Assembly: GCA_963803435.1 (NCBI GenBank)
Contig: CAWDML010000009.1
Location: forward strand, 448,001 to 512,000
From: an uncultured delta proteobacterium
GTDB taxonomy: Bacteria; Myxococcota; Kuafuiibacteriia; Kuafuiibacteriales; Kuafuiibacteriaceae
Direction: 5' to 3'
Length of the DNA: 64,000 bases
A model generated the notes under the pieces. That model worked only from the letters and a program-made list of their open reading frames with translations. It was not told where the DNA came from and ran no database searches. Made by a program: the position numbers and the translations under genes. Of this stretch, positions 37,079 to 47,500 are shown piece by piece (the stretch's first letter is position 1; every line of letters starts with the position of its first letter).

Positions 37079-38667
37079 GCGCCGACCTGCTGCTGGAGAC
37101 CGCCCTGGCGGCGATCCCCAAGATGCTGACGCTGCAGGATCGCGATCCCCACAGCCCGACCCACGGCTGCTTCGACCGCAACTTCTGGCACTACCGCATC
37201 ATCGATTTCTCGAGCGGCATGGCGCAGGAGATGGTGTGGCCCCTCGCGCTGGCCTGGGACACGCGGTCCGCCGCGAACCCGTACCATGGCGCCGCCGACG
37301 TCCGCGACGCGGTGCAGGCGGGGATCCGGTACGCCGCCCGCAGCAGCCGGCGCGACGGCTCCTGCGACGACTACTACCCCTTCGAGCGGGCCGCCGGCGC
37401 CGCCGCCTTCTCGCTGCTCGCGTGCATCGAGGCGGCGAACCTGATCGAGCTCGACGACGACGAGGTGCGATCGTTCATCGAGCGCCGCGCCGGCTGGCTC
37501 GCCGCGAACCGGGAGAGCGGCCGGCTCAGCAACCACGAGGCGCTGATCGCGCTGTGTCTGGAGCGGGCGGGTCGCCGGCTCGGGACCGATCGCCTTCGTG
37601 CGGCCGCGGAGGAGCGCCTCGAGCGGGTCCTCTCGTGGCAGGATGACGAAGGCTGGTTCGACGAGTACGGCGGCTGCGATCCGGGGTACCTGACGCTGAC
37701 GATCTCGGCGCTCGCGCAGCTTCACGAGACCCGCCCCGACGCTCGGCTCCAACTCGCCCTCGAGCGCGCGGTCCGCTTCGCCGGCGAGCTGATCCATCCC
37801 GACGGTTCGTTCGGCGGCGAGTACGGGAGCCGCAACACGCTCGCCTTCTTCCCCGACGGGTTCGAGCGCGTCGGACGCTGGATGCCGGAGGCGCTGGCCC
37901 TCGACGATCGCTTCCTCCTCGGCCTCGCCGGCGGCCGCTTCGCCTGCCACGACGACGACCACCTGCTCGGACATCACGCCTGGAGCTTCCTCGCGGCGTT
38001 CCGCAACTTCCATCCGGTGAGGCCGTCGCCGTTCCCCCGCCGGCAGGGCCGGTCGTACTACCCGAACGCCGGGATCTTGATCGATCGGCGCGGCGGTCGC
38101 GAGCTCTACGTGGGCCTCCACAAGGGCGGCGTGATCAAGCTGTTCAGGGACGGCGTGCCCGCACTCTCCGACACGCAGGTCTCGGTGGTGGTGGGTCGAG
38201 GACGGGCCAGGCGGAACGCCGTCGGCCATCTTCCGATCGGCACGCGGCTCCTCATCGAGCGCGACGCGGTCACCATCGAGGGACGGCTCGGCTGGGCGAA
38301 GTCGGCGAGGATGACCCCGGGGCGGCTGGTGCTCTCGCGGATCGTCATGCTCACCGTGGGACGGTTCGCGCCGGGGCTGATCCGGCGTCTCCTCCAGCGA
38401 ATGCTGATCACGGAGCGGCGATCCGCACCGTTCGCGTTCGCGCGCCGCATCTACTGGGACGGCGAGGACTGGTGCGTGAGGGACGAGGTCAGGGCGCGCT
38501 CGTGGCGGGACGTGGTGCGCGCCGGGATCGGGGCGGAGCAGACCTCGATCTATGTCGCCATGAGCAGGACCTATCGGCGAGGTCAGAGCGCCCGCTGGCT
38601 CGATCTGACCGAGCGCGTGGCGCGGCTCGCGCCCGGTGATCCGCTGATCCTCGATCGGAGGCTGTGA
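37075..38667 (+). CDS. Hypothetical protein, possible alpha/alpha-barrel carbohydrate-acting fold
   Basis: Overlaps the upstream stop (ATGA); motifs GCFDRNFWHY, LSNH, EGWFDEYGGCDPGY, GEYGSRNT. Fold is a guess. Confidence 0.6.
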   Translation: MSADLLLETALAAIPKMLTLQDRDPHSPTHGCFDRNFWHYRIIDFSSGMAQEMVWPLALAWDTRSAANPYHGAADVRDAVQAGIRYAARSSRRDGSCDDYYPFERAAGAAAFSLLACIEAANLIELDDDEVRSFIERRAGWLAANRESGRLSNHEALIALCLERAGRRLGTDRLRAAAEERLERVLSWQDDEGWFDEYGGCDPGYLTLTISALAQLHETRPDARLQLALERAVRFAGELIHPDGSFGGEYGSRNTLAFFPDGFERVGRWMPEALALDDRFLLGLAGGRFACHDDDHLLGHHAWSFLAAFRNFHPVRPSPFPRRQGRSYYPNAGILIDRRGGRELYVGLHKGGVIKLFRDGVPALSDTQVSVVVGRGRARRNAVGHLPIGTRLLIERDAVTIEGRLGWAKSARMTPGRLVLSRIVMLTVGRFAPGLIRRLLQRMLITERRSAPFAFARRIYWDGEDWCVRDEVRARSWRDVVRAGIGAEQTSIYVAMSRTYRRGQSARWLDLTERVARLAPGDPLILDRRL

Positions 38668-38670
38668 GCC

Positions 38671-41163
38671 ATGAAGAAGCTGGTCTCCCTCGCCGCCAGC
38701 GCCTCGCTCCTCGCGGTGATCTACGTGCGCCTCGACACCTCCGAGCTGTCGCGCGCGATCGGGGGCGCGGACCTCCGCTGGCTCGCGCTCGCGATCCTCC
38801 TGTTCGTGCCGATCGTGCTGGTGAGCGCGCTGCGGCTGCGGACGCTGGCGCCGGAGCGGGCGGCGCTGGGGATCGGCGAGGCCTCGCGGCTGATCATGGC
38901 GGCCGGCGCCCTCAACATGGTCCTGCCCTCGAAGATGGGGGACCTGGCCAAAGCCGAGTTCATGCGCCGCGAAGGCACGCTCGACGGCGCGGGCGCGCTG
39001 GTCCTGGTGGTCTTCGAGAAAGCGTTCGACGTGCTGGCGCTGTTGCTCTGGTGCGCCTTCGGGCTGCTGATCGACCACCGCCGCGCCTTCGCGCTGGTGG
39101 CGGCGATCGTCGCGCTGACGGCCGCTGCGGTGGTGACGGTCCTGGCCTCGCGGGCGGTGGCGGGGCTGGCGTTCGGAGGCGCCGCCCGCGTCCTCCCCGC
39201 CCGCTTCGCGCCGGCGGTCGAGCGCGCGAAGAACGCGTGGTCCGAGGCCCAGTCGGCGCTCTCAGGTGACCCCGCGCGGACGCTGCGGGTGGTCGCGCTC
39301 TCGATCGGGCTCTGGTCGATCCACCTGGTCCAGATCTGGATCTTCATCCTGGCGCTCGGCGGCTCGGTTCCGCTGATCACCGAGATGGCGCTGGCTCCCC
39401 TCGCCATCTTCGCCGGCCTGGTCCCGCTGACGCTGGCGGGGATCGGCACGCGCGATGCCGCTCTCCTCCTGCTGTTCTCTTCCGAGCTCGGGGTGCCCCG
39501 TGCCGCCGCGCTGGGCCTCTTGTGCTCGCTCCGGTACCTGATCCCCGCGCTCGTCGGGCTCCCGTTCGCCGGGCGCTACCTGGCCCGAGCGCGGCGCAGC
39601 GCCGAGAGGCGGCCCTCGAGGTCACCGCTGGTCGACCGGGTGGAGATCTGGTTCGGCGCGTCGGTCGCCGCCGGCACGGTGGCGGGGGCGCTGGCGCTTC
39701 GCGAGGCGTTCGCGGGTCCGTACGTGATCCAGGACGACGCCCGGCAGCACGTCTTCTGGATGGCCTCTCTCGTCGACCCGGCGCTGTTTCGTGGCGATCT
39801 GATCGCCGAGTACTTCCGCTCCGTCTCCCCGCCCGGCTTTCGCGCGCTCTACCAGCTCTTCGCGCTCTTCGGTGTGCATCCGCTGTTGCTCGCCAAGCTG
39901 CTCCCCTTCGCCCTCGGCGTGGCCACCGCGGCCCTCGCGTTCGATGTCCTGCGCCGTGCGGGCGCGCGTCCGTTCGTAGCGTTCCTCGGCGCCTGGCTCC
40001 TGGTCCAGAATCTGTTCCTGCTCGACGCGCTCACCAATGCCACGCCGCGCGCGTTCGTCTACCCGCTGTTCCTGCTGCTCCTGCGCGAGCGGATCCGGGG
40101 GTCGCTACCGGGCACCGGAGTGGCCGCAGCCGCGCTCGCGCTCTTCTATCCGCAGGTCGCGCTCGTGGCGGCGCTGGCGCTGGCGCTGTCGGTGGGGTGG
40201 AGCGATCGACGATCGATCGCCGGCGCGGCCCTCGGCATCGCGCTGATCGGCGCGGCCCTCGCGCCCCATCTCGCCGGCGACGGCGGGTTCGGTCCGGTGC
40301 TCTCACGCGGCGTGGCGAAGACGCTCCCAGCGCTTTCGCCCGGAGGTCGGTCCAGCTTCTTCGATCCGGATGCGGCGCGCTTTCTGTTGTGCGGAGAGCG
40401 GAGCGGCCTGCTCCCGCTCGAGTGGTGCCGGGCGCGGGCGATGCTCCTCCCGGCCGCGCCCGTCCTGCTGCTCCTGCTTCCGGTCGCGCTGTTGCTCATG
40501 GCCCCCGCGTTCGATCGCCGCCTCTGGGTCGCGGTCGTCCTCGCCTCGGTGGCGCTGTTCGCCTGCTCGCACCTGCTGTTGTTCCGGATGCACCTCCCGA
40601 ACCGGTATACGCAGCACACTCTGCGGATCCTGCTGGCGCTGGGCGCAGGCGCAGCCGCCGGTCGCGTCGCGCTTTCGCTCCTGGAGCGGAGCCGGCACGG
40701 CGTCCCCGCCGCCCTGCTGGTCGCGTCCGCGTTGATCGCGACGCCCTTCGTCTCGCAGAGGGTCGCCTGGCACGGCTACGTGCACGGCGATCACCCCGGG
40801 CTCTACGCGGCGCTCCGACGGACGCCGAAGGACACCCGGATCGCCTCTCTGTTGCCCGAAGCCGCCAACCTGCCGGCGTTCACCTCCCGCCCGGTGCTGG
40901 TGAGCGTCGAGCACGCGCTCCCCTACCACCTCGGCTACTTCGCGCGCCTCTCGGAGCGCGCGGCCGATCTCTCTTTGGGCGAGTCGACCTCGAGCGCGCG
41001 CGTGCTTCGCGCGGTGATCGAGAAGGATCGGATCGGCGTCTGGCTGGTGGCCCGGCGCGGTCTGATCGCGGGCGCCGCCATCACGGCGCGGGCGGAGGCG
41101 TGCACGATCTATCAGGAGGCCGAGCTGGTCCTCCTCGACGCCCGATGCCTGGCAGGGCGGTGA
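38671..41163 (+). CDS. Flippase-like (LPG synthase TM/UPF0104) domain fused to a GT-C-like polytopic membrane protein
   Basis: N-terminus NMVLPSKMGD..EKAFD..PLTLAGIGTRD; C-terminus QDDARQH luminal acidic motif, many TMs, HLPNRY. Confidence 0.65.
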   Translation: MKKLVSLAASASLLAVIYVRLDTSELSRAIGGADLRWLALAILLFVPIVLVSALRLRTLAPERAALGIGEASRLIMAAGALNMVLPSKMGDLAKAEFMRREGTLDGAGALVLVVFEKAFDVLALLLWCAFGLLIDHRRAFALVAAIVALTAAAVVTVLASRAVAGLAFGGAARVLPARFAPAVERAKNAWSEAQSALSGDPARTLRVVALSIGLWSIHLVQIWIFILALGGSVPLITEMALAPLAIFAGLVPLTLAGIGTRDAALLLLFSSELGVPRAAALGLLCSLRYLIPALVGLPFAGRYLARARRSAERRPSRSPLVDRVEIWFGASVAAGTVAGALALREAFAGPYVIQDDARQHVFWMASLVDPALFRGDLIAEYFRSVSPPGFRALYQLFALFGVHPLLLAKLLPFALGVATAALAFDVLRRAGARPFVAFLGAWLLVQNLFLLDALTNATPRAFVYPLFLLLLRERIRGSLPGTGVAAAALALFYPQVALVAALALALSVGWSDRRSIAGAALGIALIGAALAPHLAGDGGFGPVLSRGVAKTLPALSPGGRSSFFDPDAARFLLCGERSGLLPLEWCRARAMLLPAAPVLLLLLPVALLLMAPAFDRRLWVAVVLASVALFACSHLLLFRMHLPNRYTQHTLRILLALGAGAAAGRVALSLLERSRHGVPAALLVASALIATPFVSQRVAWHGYVHGDHPGLYAALRRTPKDTRIASLLPEAANLPAFTSRPVLVSVEHALPYHLGYFARLSERAADLSLGESTSSARVLRAVIEKDRIGVWLVARRGLIAGAAITARAEACTIYQEAELVLLDARCLAGR

Positions 41164-41167
41164 GGCG

Positions 41168-41911
41168 ATGGCGGCCTGGTTCGACACGGCGGTGATCGCG
41201 GCGATGCCCGAGGAGGTGGCGATGCTCGAACGACGTCTCGACGCCCCGTATCGGATCCCGAGCCCTCCCTGCGCGCGCGCGCTCTCGGGGATGCTCTTCG
41301 GCCGGCGGACGGCGGTGCTGGTGAGCGGGGAGGGCGAGCTGGCGGCGCGCACCGCCGTGCGTGCGCTGCTCAATCGGTTCGACGTGCGCCGGGTGGTCAT
41401 CATCGGCCTGGCCGGCGCGATCACCTCCGACCTCCGCTCCGGAGCGTTGGTGCTGGCCAAGCGGGTGGTGGCGAAGAACGGCGGCGTGCTCTTCCCTTCT
41501 GCCGACCTCTACGCACGTGCGCGGGCCGAGCTCGACGCTGTGGAGGTGACTGCGGTCGAGACCGACGTCCTCCTCGACGCCTCCGCCAAGGTCGGGCTGC
41601 GCGATCGGTTGCCGCGCGGGATCTCGGCCGTCGCCGACATGGAGTCCGCCGCGCAGGCGCGGCTGGTGTCGCGGGCCGGGATTCCGTGGCTGGTGATCCG
41701 CGCGATCAGTGACGAGGCCCATGAGTCGTTGCCGCCCTATCTTGCGCGGTGCCGGCGGGTGGACGGGTCGTTCGATCGGCTCTCGATCGTCCGCGGAGCC
41801 CTCTTCCGGCCGCAAGTCTGGCCGACCCTGTGGAGGCTGCGCGGCCGTGTCCGCGCGTGTGCAAGGTGCCTTGCCGATGCGGTAGAGTCAATCGAGAGAC
41901 TCGACCCTTGA
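41168..41911 (+). CDS. hpnG: HpnG-like nucleosidase/phosphorylase (PNP_UDP_1)
   Basis: IAAMPEE, IGLAGA, ADMESAA, IRAISD; hopanoid context. Confidence 0.7.
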   Translation: MAAWFDTAVIAAMPEEVAMLERRLDAPYRIPSPPCARALSGMLFGRRTAVLVSGEGELAARTAVRALLNRFDVRRVVIIGLAGAITSDLRSGALVLAKRVVAKNGGVLFPSADLYARARAELDAVEVTAVETDVLLDASAKVGLRDRLPRGISAVADMESAAQARLVSRAGIPWLVIRAISDEAHESLPPYLARCRRVDGSFDRLSIVRGALFRPQVWPTLWRLRGRVRACARCLADAVESIERLDP

Positions 41912-42895
41912 AGAGACGATCGATCCTGATGCTCCTGGTGGGCGTGACCGCATTCGCCGGCGTGCTGGTCTACTTCGGCGTCGGCGACGTGCTCTCGGCC
42001 TTTGCGGCCGTCGGCTGGGGGATCGGTGCCCTTCGTTCTCCTTCACGCAGTTCCGCTCTCGTTCGATACCGCCGGCTGGGGCACGCTCTTCCAGCGAGAC
42101 GAGCGGCCCTCCGCGCGGATGCTGTACTGGATCCGATGGACCAGCGAGTCGGTGAACAACCTTCTCCCGGTGGCTCAGGTGGGCGGCGAGCTGCTCCGGG
42201 CGAACCTGGTCGCGCGCGCCGGGGTGCCAAAGGAGGACGCCGGCGCGACCGTGGTCGTCGACGTCACCGGGGGGCTGGTGTGCCAGATTCTCCTCTCGCT
42301 CTTCGCCCTGATCGTGCTGGTCTTCGAGCAGCAGACGGTGCGCGGGCTCTGGATCGGGTTCGCCGTGTTCGTCCTGGCGATCGGTGCGTTTCTCCTGGCG
42401 CAGCGCCGCGGGATGTTCGCGCTCGCCTTCCGGCAGGCAGCCCGCCTGCTCGGAAACCTCGAGCCCCGGGACTGGAGCGGCGGCGCGGAGCGGCTCGACG
42501 GGGCCATCGGCGGGCTCTACGGCGATCGGCGCGCGCTGCTCCTCAACATCGGGCTCCGGCTCCTCGGGCGCCTCGCCTGCGGGTTCGAGGTCTTCGTGGG
42601 CCTCCACCTCCTGGGCGCGCACGTCGGTCTCCTCGACGCTGTGGTGCTCCAGAGCCTGGTCTCGCTGGTTCGTTCGGCGGCGTTCGCCATCCCGGGCGGG
42701 CTCGGGGCTCAGGAGGGTGGCCTGGTGCTGGTCGGCGGGCTCCTCGGGATTCCGCCGGAGATCGCGCTCGCGCTCGGGCTCATGCGACGCGTGCGGGAGG
42801 TCGCGTTCGGAGTCCCCGGTTTGATCGCCTGGCCGATCCTGCTCCAGAAGACGCGGCGCGGCTCCTCCGGGCATTACTCGGAGAGCGAGACGTAA
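41908..42895 (+). CDS. HpnL-like membrane protein (LPG synthase TM family), frameshift near 42030
   Basis: ESVNNLLPVAQVGGELLR, RSAAFAIPGGLGAQEGG, RRVRE; N-terminus in a different frame. Confidence 0.7.
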
Positions 42896-43173
42896 CGCCC
42901 GTCGTCGTGGCAGTCATGGGGCTCCTTTTGCTCGTCGACGGTGACCTGGCAGGGGAGCCGCTCCACCATCCCGATCCCGGCGGCAGAGTCGTTGCTCGCC
43001 CACGCGAGCGCGTTCGCACACCTGTCATCGCTCGCGCTCGACGGCAACCTCATTGTCGAAGCATCTGCGGCCTCACGTCCGAGACGTGCGATCAGGGCGG
43101 CGCCGCGGCCGAGTCCTCGCCGTCCACGTGCAGCGCCATCTGCCGCTGACGACTCGGAAAACCGTGCGCGCGT

Positions 43174-43665
43174 TCAATAGCTCCCGGTGACGCGCGCTGC
43201 GAGGTAGAGACCGAGGCCGAACACGGTGTGCGTGACCAGGCTCTTGAGGCAGTTGAAGACCGGAGTCGGCGTCTTCGAGGACGCGATCCCCGCCCCCATC
43301 GCGGGCTGTAGGATGAAGAGCGGCGCCACGACCGTCGCGATACCGATGATGAGCGCGGGCGGCAGCGTAGGCGACCGCGCCCACTTCAGGCCGAAGGTCG
43401 CGAGCAAGAGGGTCGCGAAGGTGATGCCGATGGAGTAGTGCGCAGCCCAGCCGATCCACAGCTCACCACGGATCGGGGTCGCCTCGGCGATGCTCTGATG
43501 ACGCCAGCGCCCTCGCGGGAGGTGACCGATCCAGCGTCCGAGGAAGGCGAAGTTCAGCGAGGGGATGCCGAACCGCCGGAGCAGCGCCGCCCAGGCGTCC
43601 ATGGTCAACGTGGCCCCGGCGCCGATCAGGATGCTTCTCACGACGAGCTCCAACGGGTGGTTCAT
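43174..43665 (-). CDS. DUF2938 family membrane protein
   Basis: IGAGATLTMDAW, GRWIGH, GWAAHY, QPAMGAGIASS, HTVFGLGLY. Confidence 0.8.
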   Translation of the reverse strand: MNHPLELVVRSILIGAGATLTMDAWAALLRRFGIPSLNFAFLGRWIGHLPRGRWRHQSIAEATPIRGELWIGWAAHYSIGITFATLLLATFGLKWARSPTLPPALIIGIATVVAPLFILQPAMGAGIASSKTPTPVFNCLKSLVTHTVFGLGLYLAARVTGSY

Positions 43666-43727
43666 ACCGTGAGGCAGCTTCCTCGTCCGGAGGCGGAAGA
43701 TCCAATCGATCTTTCGGAGGGCCACCC

Positions 43728-44991
43728 TCAGGAATCGTGAGGGGAGAGCCCGAGCCAGACCGGGAGGAGATCCTCCTCGAGCACCGCTCTCCACGAGGGC
43801 GCGGCGCGCTCGATGCTGGCGCGGGCCGCTCGCCCGGCCGCCTCGCGGGCCGTTCGGTCCAGGGCCAGCGGCTCGAGCGCCCGCGCCCAGTCAATCGGCT
43901 GCGCACCGTTCACCACGAAGCCGTCCACTCCCTCCTCGAGCACGAGCTGGCGGGAGCCGCCCTCGGCGGAGACGAACACGGGCAGACCCGAGCTCTTCGC
44001 CTCCACCACCACGTTTGGACAGAGCTCGGTCGCCGACGGCAACACGAACAGATCCGCGCTCGCGTAGAGGCGCGGCAGGTCGTCCTGCGGGAGCGGACCG
44101 AGGCACGCGCCGTCACCGAGGAGCGCCGTGACCGCGCTCTGCTGGCCGCCTCTCCCCGCGAACAGGGCGGACACGCGGATCCCGCGGCGGCGGAGCGCCC
44201 GCACCGCCTCGGCCAGCACCAGCGGGCGCTTGCTCGCGTCGACCCGGCCGACGAAGAGGAGGACCAGCTCGTCGGGCTCGATCCCGTGATCGCGGAGCAG
44301 CCAGCCTCAATCCCGCCAGCGGGGGTGAAACCGCTCGACCTCGGCGCCGCGCCGTAGCCGAGGAGATCCGCCGCTCTGGTAGCAGCGCGCCGGCCAGCGC
44401 GAGGTCTCCGTCGCTCGAGCCCAGCACGTGGTCGCAGGCCGCGAGATAGCGCTCGAGGCCGCGCTCCATGCGCCGGGCCGCACGCTCCGGGAGATGGACG
44501 CGCTCGAGCATCCGCCCGGCGGCGCGGCCCAACCGGCTCGATCCCAGCGCCGTCGCGACCGCCTCCTCGGTGAAGACGCGCGTGTACTTCGGAATGTCGG
44601 TGTGGAGCGAGCTGACGAGCGGGACCCCGCGGCGGCGATGGAACAGGAGCGCGGTCCGGGCGAAGGCGAAGAACGCGTCGGTGGTGTGGAGGAGATCGTA
44701 GTCGCCGAGCCGACGCCAGAGCCCAGGGTGAATCGGGGAGAGGTCGGTATAATCAGGGTTGCGACGCAGGAAGCGGAGCCCCGCGGTGGCGAAGAGCGGC
44801 CGGTGGGTTCGATAGCGGACGTTGTCGTCGATCGCCACGGTGCGCTCCGGGGCGCCGATGAAGTGCAGCGTGAGATCGAGGCGCCTGTCACCGGCGGCGA
44901 CCTCCGCCACGCGCAGCCAGGACTTCACGTGACCGCCGGCGTGCGGGTGGAGCTCGAGATCGATCAGCACGCCGACCCGGATCGTCTGCAT
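43728..44991 (-). CDS. GT4 glycosyltransferase, frameshifted near 44310-44360
   Basis: AGGHVK, LHTD, LFVGRVDASK, YASADLFVLPS..NVVVEAKSSGLPV across frames. Confidence 0.8.
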
Positions 44992-45025
44992 CCTCGATCC
45001 GAGATGAAGGAACCATGCCAGCGGC

Positions 45026-45514
45026 TCAGCGCAGGTAGTCGAGGACCACGTCGACGCGGGTCAGGTGATCGGGGCGCACTTCGAACGCATCCGAGGGAAA
45101 CGTCACCGGATCCTTGGAGCTCGACTTGCCGTTCCCGTCGTGATCGAGGAACGCCAGCACCTGGAACGGCTCGGCAGGCACGTCGGCGAGGTGGATCAGA
45201 AAGCTCGCGTCCGCCTGAGAGAGGTCGAGGACGTCCTCGACGCCGTCGTAGAGGGCCTCGTGATCGCCCGGGCCGAAGAGCCCCACGTCGCCGCCGCGGT
45301 AGACCGCCCAGTGAAGGGGACCCACCAGGCTGTCCGGGGCGTCCTCGCGGATCGACGGCTTCACGCTGAAGGCGAGCGCAAGGCAGGCGTTGCCCGGCTG
45401 CGTCGACGCGCAGGACTCGTCCCAATCGACCGCGTGCGTCTCGGGCGGCGCGCGCAGGCATCCGGCGGCGCCGAGGAGGAAGAGTGAGATCGAGATCCGA
45501 GCGCAACTGCCCAT
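45026..45514 (-). CDS. Hypothetical lipoprotein
   Basis: GAAGC lipobox; FLDHDGNG..DP calcium-loop-like motif. Confidence 0.6.
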   Translation of the reverse strand: MGSCARISISLFLLGAAGCLRAPPETHAVDWDESCASTQPGNACLALAFSVKPSIREDAPDSLVGPLHWAVYRGGDVGLFGPGDHEALYDGVEDVLDLSQADASFLIHLADVPAEPFQVLAFLDHDGNGKSSSKDPVTFPSDAFEVRPDHLTRVDVVLDYLR

Positions 45515-45664
45515 CTGAGGACTCCTTTTTCTCGGGGCAGCGCGGCGAGCATCTCCGGATCGGAGTCGAGGTCAACGCGCGATCGTTCCGGTGACTCAGA
45601 ACAGCACGGGCCGTGGTACCCTGGCCCGACGAGCGCCGCAGACAAGACGACGCCCCTGCGCAAC

Positions 45665-46288
45665 GTGCAGCTCCTGACCGCGAGGGAGCTCGCGTTGATC
45701 ATCCTCCTGGTGCTGCCGATCTTCCTGTTCGTCGGTGGCCCGGTCTGGCGCCACCCGTTCCACCTCGACGCTGCGATCCTGTCGAGCTATGCGCCGATCC
45801 CCATCCTGGTGCTGCTCTTCCTTCTCCGGCGCCGCGCGGTCTCCCTCGCCGGCTTTCTGGTCGGCACGGTCACGGCGCTCAGCATCAAGTACATGCTCAC
45901 CACCAGCATCGCCTTCGTGCTGTGGGCCGCGCTCGGTCCGCCGGAACATCCGCGCCGCGCGTCACCGGACGTCGCGTCCGCGCCGGCCCGGCACGACGTT
46001 CCCGGGTCGACCCTCGAGCCGATCGAGGTGTCGATCGACGTGAACGGCTTCGCACCCGGGGTGGTGTACGTGCATCGAGGCCAACCGGTGGTGCTCCGCT
46101 CCTCGGATCGATCGCTCCACACGGTGCGCGGAACCACGAAGGAGGGCACGATCGTGTTCAACTATCCGATCCTCCCCGACCGCGGCTCGAAGCCGATCAC
46201 GTTCACCGGCGAGAAGGGGCCCATCGAGCTCTCGTGCACCGTGCACGAGCACGAGCACTACGGGACGTTGGTGGTGCTCGACGACTGA
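45665..46288 (+). CDS. Membrane protein with C-terminal cupredoxin-like domain
   Basis: Three TMs, then GFAPGVVYVHRGQPV..LHTV..CTVH..GTLVV. Confidence 0.65.
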   Translation: MQLLTARELALIILLVLPIFLFVGGPVWRHPFHLDAAILSSYAPIPILVLLFLLRRRAVSLAGFLVGTVTALSIKYMLTTSIAFVLWAALGPPEHPRRASPDVASAPARHDVPGSTLEPIEVSIDVNGFAPGVVYVHRGQPVVLRSSDRSLHTVRGTTKEGTIVFNYPILPDRGSKPITFTGEKGPIELSCTVHEHEHYGTLVVLDD

Positions 46289-46319
46289 GCGTCCCGAGTC
46301 CGAGGAGACTCGCTCCTAG

Positions 46320-47500
46320 TCAGCCGGGTCCAAAATCTCTAGCGTGTAGATCCTTTGTGTGATCTACGTGGTTCGTGGGGGCGAACAAAGGACCTCGAAA
46401 AACGGAGATCACGCTGACTGACGACGAACAGCGCGAGCTCGAACGATTGACTCGTCGCGTGCGGTCGAATCGACAGCTGGCACTTCGCGCGAAACTGGTG
46501 CTGAGCAGTTCCACTGGCGCGACCGATGCGGCGGTGGCGCGGAACCATCACGTGTCTCACCACACCGTTCGTCTGTGGAGAAGGCGGTTTGCGGAGTGCC
46601 GTCTCGAGGGGCTGTACGACCAGCCTCGCGTCGGCGCTCCGCGAAAGATCAGTGATGATCAGGTTGAAGAGATCGTGGTGCAAACGCTGGAAACGACGCC
46701 GAAGGGCCGTACGCATTGGAGCACGCGGAAGATGGCAAAGAATGCCGGGGTGAGCGCCAGTAGCGTCGGACGGATCTGGCGGGCGCATGGCCTCAAGCCC
46801 CACGTCGTTCGCGGTTTCAAGTTGTCGAACGATCCGCAGTTCATCTCGAAGATTCGCGACGTCGTCGGTCTGTACATGAGCCCGCCCGACAACGCTGTCG
46901 TGTTCTCCTTCGACGAGAAGCCGCAGGTCCAGGCGCTGGAGCGTGCTCAACCGATCCTTCCGATGGATCTCGGGATGCCCGAGCGACAGACCCACAACTA
47001 CATCCGCCACGGAACGCTCGACCTCTTCGCCGCCCTCAACGTCGCCACGGGCAAGGTCATCGCGCAGACCAAGGCACGACACCGAGCGAAGGACTTCGTC
47101 GCATTCCTCGGGACGATCGACAACGCGGTAGAGCCGGAACTTGACGTTCACGTCATCCTCGACAACCTCGCGACGCACAAGACTCCACAGGTTAAGAGGT
47201 GGCTGCTACGCAATCCGCGCTTCCAGCTCCACTTCACACCAACCTATTCCTCATGGCTAAACCTGGTGGAACGGTTCTTCGCACTGCTGACCGAGGAAGC
47301 ACTCACTCGCGGCTCCCACACCAGCGTCCCGGTACTTCGCAAGGCGATCGTCGATTACGTCGAAGTGCACAACGAAGAAGGCAAGCCCTTCGTATGGACG
47401 AAGACGGCCGACGAGATCCTCGACAAGATCATGGATTTCGGCAGACGCACAAAGCAGGTCCACCGCGGATAAATGCGCTAGAAATCAGTGATCCAGCTGA
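46320..47500 (+). mobile_element. IS630-family insertion sequence, copy R
   Basis: Reverse complement of 23940-25120; CTAG at 46316-46319 and 47501-47504. Confidence 0.95.
46375..47472 (+). CDS. IS630 transposase
   Basis: Same 365-aa protein as 23968..25065. Confidence 0.95.
   Translation: MGANKGPRKTEITLTDDEQRELERLTRRVRSNRQLALRAKLVLSSSTGATDAAVARNHHVSHHTVRLWRRRFAECRLEGLYDQPRVGAPRKISDDQVEEIVVQTLETTPKGRTHWSTRKMAKNAGVSASSVGRIWRAHGLKPHVVRGFKLSNDPQFISKIRDVVGLYMSPPDNAVVFSFDEKPQVQALERAQPILPMDLGMPERQTHNYIRHGTLDLFAALNVATGKVIAQTKARHRAKDFVAFLGTIDNAVEPELDVHVILDNLATHKTPQVKRWLLRNPRFQLHFTPTYSSWLNLVERFFALLTEEALTRGSHTSVPVLRKAIVDYVEVHNEEGKPFVWTKTADEILDKIMDFGRRTKQVHRG

Noticed and set aside
42896-43173. Possible small ORF or RNA between converging genes
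   Set aside because: No motif, RBS-linked ORF or convincing structure recognised.
7050-44360. Programmed frameshifting or mass pseudogenisation (7060, 13602, 14420, 19283, 31210, 42030, 44330)
   Set aside because: Scattered indels in unrelated, otherwise conserved genes with no slippery motif noticed; assembly error is more parsimonious, though this cannot be proven without reads.
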